Shown piece after piece: positions 28,501-37,806 of a stretch of 46,475 nt of DNA. The translations under genes were made by a program, and so were the position numbers. Numbering within the stretch: position 1 is the first letter of the stretch; each line of letters begins with the position of its first letter. The DNA is from Rhodocyclaceae bacterium. Lineage in GTDB: Bacteria > Pseudomonadota > Gammaproteobacteria > Burkholderiales > Rhodocyclaceae. The notes under the pieces were generated by a model that ran no database searches, was not told where the DNA came from, and worked only from the letters and a program-made list of their open reading frames with translations. The stretch lies in NCBI GenBank assembly GCA_035426125.1, contig DAOLZE010000001.1, positions 1-46,475 of the forward strand, read 5' to 3'.

Positions 28501-31464
28501 TCAGTTCTCACCAATAAAGCGCGTCGCTTCGTCGCTGGGTAAAGGCCGGCTGACAAAATAACCTTGCAGCAGATCGCATTGATGACTGGCGAGGAAGGTG
28601 CGTTGAGTTTCGGTTTCCACACCTTCCGCCACAACCTGTAGATTCAGATTACGTGCCAGCGTAAGCAGGGCGGCGATGACGGCAGCGGCATTTGCGTCAG
28701 TCTCGATATCATTGACAAAGGCGCGCGACAGCTTCAACGTCTGGATCGGCAGCAGGCGCAAATAAGCCAGTGAAGAGAAGCATGCGCCGTAATTGCCGAT
28801 GGCCAGATCCACACCGATCCTGTTCAAGGCGTTCAACTGCTCGACAACCCGCTCCGGGTTATCCATGATCGTAGCTTCATCGACTTCGAATTCCAGTTCG
28901 CCCGGCTGGATGCCGTGCCGGGACATGATTTCCATGGTCAGATGCAGAAGTTTCGGCGAACGCAGCTGGCTCGACGAAATGTTCACTGCCATGCGCACGG
29001 CATCGATTCCCTGAGCGCGCCAGATCGCAAGCTGGCGGCAGGCTTCGTTGAGCACCCAGGCGCCGAAGGACTCGGTCAGCCCGATTTTCTCGATGAGGGG
29101 AATGAACAGCGATGGTGGCATCAAACCATCTTCAGCATGTCGCCAGCGCGCCAGCGCCTCGACACGAAAAATACGGTTGCTTTCGGTGAGCGTCTGCGGC
29201 TGGTAATGCAGTTCGAACTGCTCTTCCTCAAGCGCCGCACGCAGTGCGCCTTCCAGCGCCAGCCGCTGGCTGGTGGTCGCTGTCATTGCGGGCGTAAAGA
29301 AATTGAACTTGTTGCAACCCTGCTCCTTGGCGTGATACATGGCAATGTCCGCGTGACGCATCAGCGTATCCACGTCTGAGCCGTGCTCTGGAAACAGGCT
29401 GATACCTACACTGATGCTGGAGTGCAAATGATGCTGATCGAGCACATACGGCTGACCAAGCCGGTTGACGATTTTTTCCGCAACATGCGCAGCGGCATCT
29501 CTATCTGCCGTACCGGTCAGGACAACGACAAACTCATCGCCACCTAGCCGGGCGACGATATCGCTGGCGCGTGCGCTCAATGTCAGTCGCTCCGCCACCT
29601 CAACCAGCAGCATGTCGCCGACATGGTGACCAAGCGTATCGTTGATGCTTTTAAAACGATCCATGTCGAGGAACATCACGGCCAGTTGCCGGTTTTCGCG
29701 TTGCGCGGAACGCAGCGCCTGTTCGATACGCATTTTCAGACTGAGGCGGTTGAGCAGACCCGTCAGCGGATCGTGATGGGCGAGGCGGTGAATCCGCTCC
29801 TCGCTGGCCTTGCGCTCGGCAATATCAACAAAGCTGGCAATGTAGTTCGTCACCTTGCCGGCCGCGTTGCGAATTACCGAAATGGATGTCCATTTCGGAT
29901 AGGTGCGGCCATCCTTGCGCCGGTCCCACAATTCTCCCTGCCATTTACCGTGATCGTTGAGAGCCTGCCACAGCGCCGGATAGGTTTCCGCTGGCGTTTC
30001 GCCGGAGGCGAGCATGCGTGGATTCCTGCCAAGCACCTCGTCAAGGGTATAGCCGGTTAATTGAGTAAACGCCGGGTTGACTTTAATAATGTTGTTGTCA
30101 TGATCGGTGACGACGATTGCTTCACCGCTCTGCTCAAAGACACGCGCAAACAGTTGCAACTTTTCTTCGGTCTGGCGGATATTCGTGATGTCGATCAGCG
30201 TTCCCTGGGATTGCAGGGGTGTGCCGTCCTCCGCATACAGCGTCTCGCCGCATGCCAGGACGTGCTTGATACGACCATCCGGAAGCAACAGACGATGCGT
30301 GATCTCGTAGGGAGTTTTATTCTCCAGCGAATCGGAATAGGTCTTTATGACCATCTGCCGATCTTCCGGGTGGGTCGCTTTAATAAAAGCCTCATAAGAG
30401 GCCTCGACATGCGCCGGATCAAAGTTAAAAATACGGAAATACTCGTCTGACCATTCCGTCTGGCTGCTACGCAAATCAAGCGTCCAGCTGCCGACATTGG
30501 CGATGCGCTGGGCTGCCTGGAGCCGTTCGCGACCAAGTTTGATTTCGTCCTCGATCTGCTTGCGCTCGGCGAACAACGCAGCGATGAACTGTCCGGTCAA
30601 GGCGATGCTCAGCAAAAAGAAATTCAACTTGAACAGCTGAATGTTGCTGTCGTTGCTACCGTTACCGGCGAACGGACCGATCTCAATATTTGTGTAATAC
30701 AGCGTGAGACAGGCGATCACAACAGTGCTGAGAGTCGCGGCGATCATTCCGTAGCGCGCGGCCAGCAGTACCATCAGGGGCGCCGAAAGTGCAAGACCGA
30801 TACTAACGCTACCAAGTTGCGGGCCAAAGAATACCAACCCACCGATGGCAAGCGTCAGCAGCAGCGGCACCAGTAGACTGCGTCCCATCGCCGACAGCGT
30901 CAGTCTGGACACCGAGAGCGTCAGCAGAAGCGGTGTCATGATGGTCTGACCAAGCGAATTTCCGAGCCACCAGGAAAGCCAGGCATTTTGCAGGCTGGCA
31001 TTGTCGATCACACCACCTGACCAGAGCAGGAGCACACCCAGCGTGGCGCTGAAGGGTTGCAGGATGAGAAAGATCAGTGTCAGCAGCAGGCCGACATCGC
31101 GCAGCCGGTCGTATTCCAGGCGAATGTTCATGCGGCGAAACAGCGTAGCGCCGATGATCGCCTCGATACTGTTGATCACGGACACACCGAGTGCCAGAGG
31201 CCACGCCAGATTGTTGAACAGCGCCAGTAACAACTGACCGAGAAAAATACCCGGCCAGATCCGTCGGCCCCAGATAATCGCCGCGGAAAGTGCAAAGCCT
31301 TCGGCAAGAAATACCACCAGGGTGACAATGCCGTGAGACACCGACAGGGAAAAACTGGCCTGTCCCGAGAAAAAATAAAGTGTGGCAACCAGCAGAATCC
31401 GGGCGACAGCGTTTCCCGCCAAAAGCTCGGGCTGTCCGACCTGTCGAAGTTTTGAATCTGCCAT
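28501..31464 (-). CDS. MASE1-PAS-PAS-GGDEF-EAL signalling protein
   Basis: N-terminal multi-TM region (WW.GN..G), two PAS/PAC domains, HDPLTGL.NR, RASD..RLGGDEF and VEALARW. Confidence 0.92.
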   Translation of the reverse strand: MADSKLRQVGQPELLAGNAVARILLVATLYFFSGQASFSLSVSHGIVTLVVFLAEGFALSAAIIWGRRIWPGIFLGQLLLALFNNLAWPLALGVSVINSIEAIIGATLFRRMNIRLEYDRLRDVGLLLTLIFLILQPFSATLGVLLLWSGGVIDNASLQNAWLSWWLGNSLGQTIMTPLLLTLSVSRLTLSAMGRSLLVPLLLTLAIGGLVFFGPQLGSVSIGLALSAPLMVLLAARYGMIAATLSTVVIACLTLYYTNIEIGPFAGNGSNDSNIQLFKLNFFLLSIALTGQFIAALFAERKQIEDEIKLGRERLQAAQRIANVGSWTLDLRSSQTEWSDEYFRIFNFDPAHVEASYEAFIKATHPEDRQMVIKTYSDSLENKTPYEITHRLLLPDGRIKHVLACGETLYAEDGTPLQSQGTLIDITNIRQTEEKLQLFARVFEQSGEAIVVTDHDNNIIKVNPAFTQLTGYTLDEVLGRNPRMLASGETPAETYPALWQALNDHGKWQGELWDRRKDGRTYPKWTSISVIRNAAGKVTNYIASFVDIAERKASEERIHRLAHHDPLTGLLNRLSLKMRIEQALRSAQRENRQLAVMFLDMDRFKSINDTLGHHVGDMLLVEVAERLTLSARASDIVARLGGDEFVVVLTGTADRDAAAHVAEKIVNRLGQPYVLDQHHLHSSISVGISLFPEHGSDVDTLMRHADIAMYHAKEQGCNKFNFFTPAMTATTSQRLALEGALRAALEEEQFELHYQPQTLTESNRIFRVEALARWRHAEDGLMPPSLFIPLIEKIGLTESFGAWVLNEACRQLAIWRAQGIDAVRMAVNISSSQLRSPKLLHLTMEIMSRHGIQPGELEFEVDEATIMDNPERVVEQLNALNRIGVDLAIGNYGACFSSLAYLRLLPIQTLKLSRAFVNDIETDANAAAVIAALLTLARNLNLQVVAEGVETETQRTFLASHQCDLLQGYFVSRPLPSDEATRFIGEN

Positions 31465-31538
31465 TATTATTATTTGTGGATGCGCTCGATGGCTTGCCGA
31501 AAAATCGCCGTTGAACAGGGTTTATACAGCCAAGATAT

Positions 31539-31563
31539 CCCTAATTCAAGTAGGTAATTAGGG
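31539..31563. promoter_or_regulatory. Inverted repeat CCCTAATT-N9-AATTAGGG upstream of the GGDEF-EAL gene
   Basis: Perfect 8-bp arms at 31539-31546 and 31556-31563. Confidence 0.4.
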
Positions 31564-31603
31564 CGAAACCCAGCGGATTCATTGGCCGCCCAAGCACCCC
31601 CCC

Positions 31604-32641
31604 CTAAGTAGGGGTACCAGTACGAAAGTAATATACCCCGTCAGCGCCAAGTGTGCGCGTAATCTCACCGCGTTTGCGCAAATGGGTCAAATGGGCCAAG
31701 CATTCGCCCATGGCCATCAAGTCATCCATACTGTTCTTGCGCGTCGGAAACAACGCCACGGCAGTTTCATAGGCGCTCAGTGCCCGCTCCGTACAGAGCT
31801 TGCGAATTTTCACGAACTGCTGTTCGTGATGGACGTGCAGTTGCGCAACCCGCGGCACCAGTCCGTAGTAGGGTAGCTCATGTGCCGGCAGCACGAATGT
31901 GTCGGCAGGCAATAGCGCCAGATTGTCGAGCGAGGCAAACCAGTAGGCGAGCAGATCGGCTTCCGGCTCCGAGGGCATGATGCCGACGTTCGATGTGATG
32001 CGCGGCAGCAACTGGTCACCGGCGATCAGCAGATTGTCCTGCGGACAGTGGAGCAACATGTGTTCCGGTGCGTGACCTTCGCCAACATGCAGGTGCCATT
32101 CGCGCTCGCCGATCATCAGGCGTTCGCCGTGGCGCAGACGGCGAAATGAAGCGGGCGGTGGCGTGATCAGTCCGTGAGCCATGCGCACGACGATCATCAC
32201 TTCGGCGAGCGCTTCTGCGGGAAAACCGGCGTGGCGGAAAAATTCCTGATGTTCCCACGGCACCTCGTCGCCTTTTTCTGCCGCCACGACACGCAGCGTG
32301 TAGTACTCGCCATAGCTCATATAGAGCGGCACGCGCAGCCATTCGGTGAGCCAACCGGCAAGGCCGGCATGGTCGAAATGAAAATGGGTGCAGATCACGC
32401 CGGTGATGCGTTCGCCAGCAAGTTTTTCCGTGATGATCTTCTGCCACAGTTCGCACGTTCGCTCGGTTGCCAAACCGGTATCAACGATCATCCATCCATC
32501 ATGGTCGCGGATCAGATAAAGATTGATGTGGTTCAGCGCCAGTGGCAATGGCATGCGCAGCCACTTGATGCCAGGTGCCACGTCAATCAGTTCGCCATCG
32601 GTTTTTGGCGCATCGGCAAATGGGAAAGTCAGTGTGTTCAT
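31604..32641 (-). CDS. MBL-fold metallo-hydrolase (lactamase B-like, with C-terminal winged-helix-like tail)
   Basis: LPLALNHINLYL, VDTG, THFHFDHAG, GHAPEH, GDQLLP and PAH motifs. Confidence 0.88.
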   Translation of the reverse strand: MNTLTFPFADAPKTDGELIDVAPGIKWLRMPLPLALNHINLYLIRDHDGWMIVDTGLATERTCELWQKIITEKLAGERITGVICTHFHFDHAGLAGWLTEWLRVPLYMSYGEYYTLRVVAAEKGDEVPWEHQEFFRHAGFPAEALAEVMIVVRMAHGLITPPPASFRRLRHGERLMIGEREWHLHVGEGHAPEHMLLHCPQDNLLIAGDQLLPRITSNVGIMPSEPEADLLAYWFASLDNLALLPADTFVLPAHELPYYGLVPRVAQLHVHHEQQFVKIRKLCTERALSAYETAVALFPTRKNSMDDLMAMGECLAHLTHLRKRGEITRTLGADGVYYFRTGTPT

Positions 32642-32681
32642 TGAATGATCGAGGATCGAAATATTGACTGCCTATATTAGT

Positions 32682-32761
32682 CCCGTTCGTGGTGAGTCAA
32701 TCGAATCATGAACGGTACCTGCTGCATGCCGTTTACCCTTCAACAGACTCAGGGCAAACGG
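32682..32761 (+). repeat. Palindromic dispersed repeat, copy A (CCGTTCGTGGTGAG..TCGAA.CA.GAACGG ... CCCTTC.ACA..CTCAGGGC.AACGG)
   Basis: Near-identical architecture to 34662-34745; terminal and internal inverted repeats. Confidence 0.75.
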
Positions 32762-32771
32762 CAATGATCAA

Positions 32772-34601
32772 TCATGGCATTGGCGCGAAAGGCTTGACGC
32801 CGAGTTGTGCCAGCGCCGCCAGGCTCCAGGGGACGTAGGTCGCATTCTGCACATCGCGGACGAACAGTGGGTCGACAAAATTTTCCGGCGCATAGCCGGC
32901 GCACTGCAGGCCATGCTTGCGCAGTTTGAAGGTACTGGTCATGTCGGCAGCCGACGCAATGCGGACGAACAGCGGCACAGCGTAGTCCGGCAGATTTTTC
33001 TCGGCAAGCGCATGAAAGTCGCGTGGATCGAAGCGACACCCCGACTGCATGACGATAGCCGCCATACCGGCGCGGCCTTCATGTTCGGGCACTTTCACGC
33101 CATAGATATTGATACTTTCGATCCCCGTGCAAGCACCCAACGCCTCGGCAACTTCGGTGGTCGACACGTTCTCGCTCTGCCAGCGGAAAGTATCGCCGAT
33201 GCGGTCGATGAAAAAGAAATAGCCGTCCTCGTCGAAGCGGAACAGGTCGCCGGAACTCCACCAGGCATCACCCTTCTGGAACACATTACGGTAGATCTTC
33301 TGCTCCGTCGCTTCGGCCGAGGTATAGCCTTCGAAACGGCCGCCAGCGATGTCCGGATGATTGATGATGAAACCGATCACCTCACCGGTCTCGCCGGGCT
33401 GACACGCAATCAGGAAACCGTCAGCGCTGCGTGGATGTGTACCGCTCTCGACATCGTAACGCACCAGACGCAGATTGGTCTTCTCCCAATAGGGCACGCA
33501 GCCGCAGGCGCCGACGCGATTATCGAGGTTGATCAGATTACAGTTGGATTCTGTGGCGCCCCAGCCTTCAAAGACATCCTGGATGCCGAAGCGTTCGACG
33601 AAACGCTGCCAGATATCGGCGCCGAGTCCCGCGCCAACCATCTGACGCAGCGTGTGATGTTTTTCATCGAGCGCATCCGGTGATTGTGGCTGGTTGAGCA
33701 GATAGCGGCAGATCTCGCCGACATACTGGCAGACGGTGATGCCGTAGCGTCGGACGTCAGGCCAGAATTCACGCGCGCTGAATTTCCGTCGAATGACAAT
33801 GGCACTGCCGGCGCAAAGTGCCGTCGAGCCCAGCGACATGGCAGCGGCGCCGTGATACAACGGCAGCAGGCAATAGAAAATATCTTGCGGGCGCGTCTCC
33901 ATCGAGGCCGCCATGACATTACCGACATTCAGCCAGCGCATGTGGCTGGTGCACGCCGCCTTCGGCAGGCCGGTGGTGCCCGAGGTGCAAATCAACAGCG
34001 CAGTGCTCTCGCCCAACCAGCCTTCGCGCAGTTGGCGATGCGGGTTGAGACGCGACTTGGCAACAGCCCATTCGTTGAGATTGATCTGGCACAGCGTGCG
34101 CAAATTTGCAGTGACCGGATGCTCGACATCCTCCCAAAGGCAGAGCGGCAAGTTCGGCAACCGCGCATGTATTTCCGGCACATCAAAATTCTTCAGAACT
34201 TCTTCGCCGACAATCACCGCCTTGGCCTGTGTGGCTTCCAGCGCATTTGCCAGCGCCTGTCCGGTCAGGTGGGTATTGACGAAGCCGCAGACCAACCCGG
34301 CCTTATTGAGGCCGAACCAGTTGATGAAAAAATCCGGCCGATTTTCCATGGCCAGCGCCACGCAGTCGCCGAGCGACAGACCAAGGCCCAGCACAGCATG
34401 CGCAACCTGATTGGCGCGGGCATTAACTTCGGCATAGCTGAGAACCTGATCGCCGTAGATCAGGAAGGGTCGCTCGGGAAATTTACCGGCTTGCTCCTCA
34501 AGCCGGTCGGCAATCGTGGTGGCGTCGCCGGGCTTGACGGTGTTGCTGGCGACCGCGCGCAGATCCAGTTTTCGTTGAGTTTCCTCGCGCGAGACGGTCA
34601 T
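32772..34601 (-). CDS. Long-chain acyl-CoA synthetase (FATP/VLACS-like)
   Basis: TSGTTGLPKAA, QYVGEICRYL, VFQKGD.W.SSGD, DRIGDTFRW..ENVST and GRAGMA motifs. Confidence 0.9.
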   Translation of the reverse strand: MTVSREETQRKLDLRAVASNTVKPGDATTIADRLEEQAGKFPERPFLIYGDQVLSYAEVNARANQVAHAVLGLGLSLGDCVALAMENRPDFFINWFGLNKAGLVCGFVNTHLTGQALANALEATQAKAVIVGEEVLKNFDVPEIHARLPNLPLCLWEDVEHPVTANLRTLCQINLNEWAVAKSRLNPHRQLREGWLGESTALLICTSGTTGLPKAACTSHMRWLNVGNVMAASMETRPQDIFYCLLPLYHGAAAMSLGSTALCAGSAIVIRRKFSAREFWPDVRRYGITVCQYVGEICRYLLNQPQSPDALDEKHHTLRQMVGAGLGADIWQRFVERFGIQDVFEGWGATESNCNLINLDNRVGACGCVPYWEKTNLRLVRYDVESGTHPRSADGFLIACQPGETGEVIGFIINHPDIAGGRFEGYTSAEATEQKIYRNVFQKGDAWWSSGDLFRFDEDGYFFFIDRIGDTFRWQSENVSTTEVAEALGACTGIESINIYGVKVPEHEGRAGMAAIVMQSGCRFDPRDFHALAEKNLPDYAVPLFVRIASAADMTSTFKLRKHGLQCAGYAPENFVDPLFVRDVQNATYVPWSLAALAQLGVKPFAPMP

Positions 34602-34661
34602 CTAACTGCCTCCGTGATCAAGCCATCACAATGTAATCCATGATGACCGCCTGCGATTACC

Positions 34662-34745
34662 CCCGTTCGTGGTGAGCTTGTCGAATCACGAACGGGGGTC
34701 CAGTGAAAGGTTGGGGCACGTCCTGCGACAAGCCCAGGGGGAACG
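34662..34745 (+). repeat. Palindromic dispersed repeat, copy B
   Basis: CCCGTTCGTGGTGAGCTTGTCGAATCACGAACGGG...TCCTGCGACAAGCCCAGGGGGAACG. Confidence 0.75.
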
Positions 34746-34758
34746 ATACCCCTCTCGA

Positions 34759-35931
34759 TCAGCGCGAGCGCGGCATCTTCAAGCCAAACTGCGCGATGAG
34801 TTCACGCTGCAGTTCGTTGACGCCGCCGCCGAAGGTGTTGATGGTTGCAGCGCGATATTCCTCTTCGAGCAGTGCGCGCAATTCTGCGGCCTTGCTACCG
34901 AGGCGATACAGTCCACCCATACCGACGACTTCGAGCAGGCGGCGGAATACCGCGACCATGGTTTCCGAACCGTACACTTTCGATGCCGAGGCCAGACCAA
35001 TATCCATACGTCCGGCGCTGATGTCTGCGGCGATCCGGTAGTTGAGCAGACGCATCGCCTCGATCTGGCTGTAGGACTCTGCCAGCGCGGTGCGCACCCA
35101 CGGTTCATCGACGGCACGGCGGCCATTTTCGTCGGGGGTCTTGGCCCAGATCAGCACATCGCGGAAGCAGGCCGTCGCCTTGACGCCGAAGGCGCCGAGA
35201 CCGACGCGCTCATGATTGAGCTGCGCGGTGATCAGTTTCCAGCCGCCATTGAGCTGGCCGACCAGCATGTTTGCCGGCACCTTGATGTTGTCGAAATAAG
35301 TGGTGTTGGTACGATGGCCGACGGTGTGGATCGGCGTCAGCGAGTAGCCGGGTAACTTGGTGTCGACGATGATGATCGAGATGCCCTTGTGGCGCTTCTC
35401 CTCAGGATTGGTGCGACAAGCCAGCCAGATGTAGTCGGCTGATTCAGCATCCGTGGTAAATAGCTTGCTGCCATTGACGACGAAATGATCGCCTTCCAAA
35501 ACTGCCGTGGTCTTCAGCGTCGCCAGATCGGTGCCGGCATTCGCTTCCGTATAGCCGATGGCGAAATGAATTTCGCCGGCCGCCATGCCGGGCAGGAATT
35601 TTTTCTTGTGCTCTTCGGAGCCATGCGCCAGCAGTGCCGGACCGACAGTATTCACGGTAACGAATGGCAGCGTCGCACCGGCAAGAAAGACTTCTTCGAA
35701 GAAAATCAGTTGCTCGATCGGCGTATAGCCACGGCCGCCGTATTCCTTCGGCCAGCCGACGGCCAGCCAGCCATCCTTGCCCATCTGTCGGCACAGGCGC
35801 TTGTACTCGGCCTGGCGCTTGTCATCCTCGCGACGGAGTTGTTCACGCGACGCATCGGTCATGAGCTGATTGAAATAGGCGCGGATTTCCTTGCGCAGCT
35901 TTTTCTGTTCCGGGGTCAAATCTACGAACAT
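34759..35931 (-). CDS. Acyl-CoA dehydrogenase, FadE29/ChsE2-like
   Basis: MFVDLTPEQ, GWPKEYGG.G..PIEQ.IF, HFAIGYTE..AGTDLA, ADYIWLACRT...HKGIS and INTFGGGVNE; start at ATG 35931. Confidence 0.88.
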   Translation of the reverse strand: MFVDLTPEQKKLRKEIRAYFNQLMTDASREQLRREDDKRQAEYKRLCRQMGKDGWLAVGWPKEYGGRGYTPIEQLIFFEEVFLAGATLPFVTVNTVGPALLAHGSEEHKKKFLPGMAAGEIHFAIGYTEANAGTDLATLKTTAVLEGDHFVVNGSKLFTTDAESADYIWLACRTNPEEKRHKGISIIIVDTKLPGYSLTPIHTVGHRTNTTYFDNIKVPANMLVGQLNGGWKLITAQLNHERVGLGAFGVKATACFRDVLIWAKTPDENGRRAVDEPWVRTALAESYSQIEAMRLLNYRIAADISAGRMDIGLASASKVYGSETMVAVFRRLLEVVGMGGLYRLGSKAAELRALLEEEYRAATINTFGGGVNELQRELIAQFGLKMPRSR

Positions 35932-35974
35932 GGCTTGTCTTTCACTGAATATTGCGTATTGCGTAAGCGATGGA

Positions 35975-37087
35975 TTAAAGCTCGACGCCGACGGTTTCCG
36001 GTTTGGCCAGCCACTCACCAAGCACTTGCAGATCGGCCGAGACACCGCCGAGTGTCAATTCGAGGGCACGGCTCCAGTAGAGAAAACGGTGAATCGGATA
36101 ACTGATATCCGAACCCATGCCGCCATGCATATGGGATGACGCGTGTGCCACACGATGGCCGCATTCGCTGGCCCAGTATTTCGCCACACGCGCAGCGCCT
36201 TCTGCCTCAAGGCCGCTGTCGAGTCGCCAACACAATTGCCAGAGCGTCGAGCGCAGCGCTTCGATATCGATGTAGCAATCCGCCGAACGCATGCCGATGC
36301 CCTGGAAGCTGGCGATGGGACGATCGAACTGGATGCGCTGAGTGGTGTATTCGACGGTGCGGCGCAGATCCTCGGCAGAAACGCCAAGTTGCAGCGCGGC
36401 GATACAGGCCAGCGCGCGCTGGTCGAGCCAGGACAGCGCTTCGGCCGGCAGGGCCTGGTCGGCCGAAATTTGCAGGGCCTTGAAAACAAGATCAGCAGCC
36501 GGTTCGGCATGCGTCAACACGCCGGGAATTTTTTCGATGCCGGGAGCCGTCAGATCAACGATGAACAATCGCGGACCGGTATCGGTCGCAGCCGCCAGAA
36601 TGGCGAGTTGCGCCTCCAAGGCCAGCGGCACGGCAACGACACGGCCGTCGAGCAGCCAGCCTGAAGCAGAAGGCTTCGCCGACAGCGCCAACCCGCGCGA
36701 AGCGGTTAGACCGTCGAGTGACAGCGTCGCCAGGCTGGCGCCGGAAATCAGTTTTTCCAGCCAGGCCGACTTGAGCGGTGCAGCGGCAAAACGCGCCAGC
36801 ACAGCAGCGGCGAGTTGCTGACGCCACAAAGGCACCGGCGCAACATGGCGACCCTGCTGTTCGAGTGTCAGCATCTGTTCGAGCATACCCATCCCGCTGC
36901 CGCCGTCTGCCTCGGCAACGATCAGGCCAAGCAGGCCGGTTTCGGCCAGTTGCTGCCACAAGCCATTGTCATAAGACTTGCCACTGTCCCAGAAGGTGCG
37001 CACCTGATCGTCGCTGCAAAAGTCGGCGAAGACGCTGGCCGCCATGTCGGCGATTGCGCGCTGCTCTTCGCTGAAGTCAAATTCCAT
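35975..37087 (-). CDS. Acyl-CoA dehydrogenase partner subunit (FadE28/ChsE1 or FadE27-like)
   Basis: MEFDFSEEQ, RIQFDRPIASFQ, DCYID and HMHGGMGSDISYPIHRF motifs. Confidence 0.87.
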   Translation of the reverse strand: MEFDFSEEQRAIADMAASVFADFCSDDQVRTFWDSGKSYDNGLWQQLAETGLLGLIVAEADGGSGMGMLEQMLTLEQQGRHVAPVPLWRQQLAAAVLARFAAAPLKSAWLEKLISGASLATLSLDGLTASRGLALSAKPSASGWLLDGRVVAVPLALEAQLAILAAATDTGPRLFIVDLTAPGIEKIPGVLTHAEPAADLVFKALQISADQALPAEALSWLDQRALACIAALQLGVSAEDLRRTVEYTTQRIQFDRPIASFQGIGMRSADCYIDIEALRSTLWQLCWRLDSGLEAEGAARVAKYWASECGHRVAHASSHMHGGMGSDISYPIHRFLYWSRALELTLGGVSADLQVLGEWLAKPETVGVEL

Positions 37088-37151
37088 GATGAATAAATCC
37101 TTTAGTTCGACTGGATGTGCTTGAATTTACGCGGTATGGTCGAAGCATTCG

Positions 37152-37167
37152 TCGTCCGAACGGACGA
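37152..37167 (-). promoter_or_regulatory. Shared palindromic site TCGTCC-gaac-GGACGA (copy 3, perfect)
   Basis: Centre lies ~30 bp before TAAATT (37129-37124, - strand) upstream of the FadE28/29-like operon. Confidence 0.6.
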
Positions 37168-37272
37168 TACAGGAAGGCGCAACACTGGTTAATCCAGCAT
37201 GGTGAAACATGCCTTTTCTTGTGCCATGACAAAGAAGCTGTAGAGTGAGCGACTCGCCCGCCCGGAAACAAA

Positions 37273-37806
37273 ATGAAGACCCGCATCATCCATCTGCAAC
37301 CCACCGTCGATGATCATCGTATCGCGCGCTATGCAGCGGCAGCGATTGCCTTGTCGGTGGTCGAAGCAGCCATCCCGAGTCCGCTGCCCGGCGTCAAGCC
37401 GGGGCTGGCCAACATCGTCACGCTGATCGTGCTGGCGCGCCATGGCTGGCGTGATGCTGTGTGGGTCACGCTGCTGCGCGTGGTGGCGGGTAGTCTGGTG
37501 CTTGGGCAATTCCTCGCACCGGGCTTCTTTCTCAGCCTGGCCGGTTCGCTGACAAGCCTTGCCATGCTCGGTGCGGTGCTGCACCTGCCGTCACGCTGGT
37601 TCGGCCCGGTCAGCCAGAGCCTGCTCGCCGCCTTTGCCCACATTGCCGGACAGCTGCTCGTCGCGCGCCTCTGGCTGGTGCCGCACGACGGCGTGTTTTA
37701 TCTGGTGCCGATTTTTGCTCTGGCAGCACTGGTGTTTGGACTGGTCAATGGATTGACGGTAGCGAAGATGCTGGAGGATAGCCTGGCGCCTGTAGTTAAG
37801 AGTTGA
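37273..37806 (+). CDS. Gx transporter / heptaprenyl diphosphate synthase component I family membrane protein
   Basis: LSVVEAAIPSPLPGVKPGLANIVTL, LSLAG and AFAH..GQL motifs; ~5-6 TM. Confidence 0.8.
   Translation: MKTRIIHLQPTVDDHRIARYAAAAIALSVVEAAIPSPLPGVKPGLANIVTLIVLARHGWRDAVWVTLLRVVAGSLVLGQFLAPGFFLSLAGSLTSLAMLGAVLHLPSRWFGPVSQSLLAAFAHIAGQLLVARLWLVPHDGVFYLVPIFALAALVFGLVNGLTVAKMLEDSLAPVVKS

Noticed and set aside
32678-32690. TAGTCC half-site upstream of the MBL hydrolase, resembling the shared operator
   Set aside because: Only a half-site, merging into the adjacent repeat element; could be chance
34669-35355. 228-aa + strand ORF beginning MVSLSNHER
   Set aside because: Its N-terminus is translated repeat sequence and the rest is antisense to the FadE29-like gene
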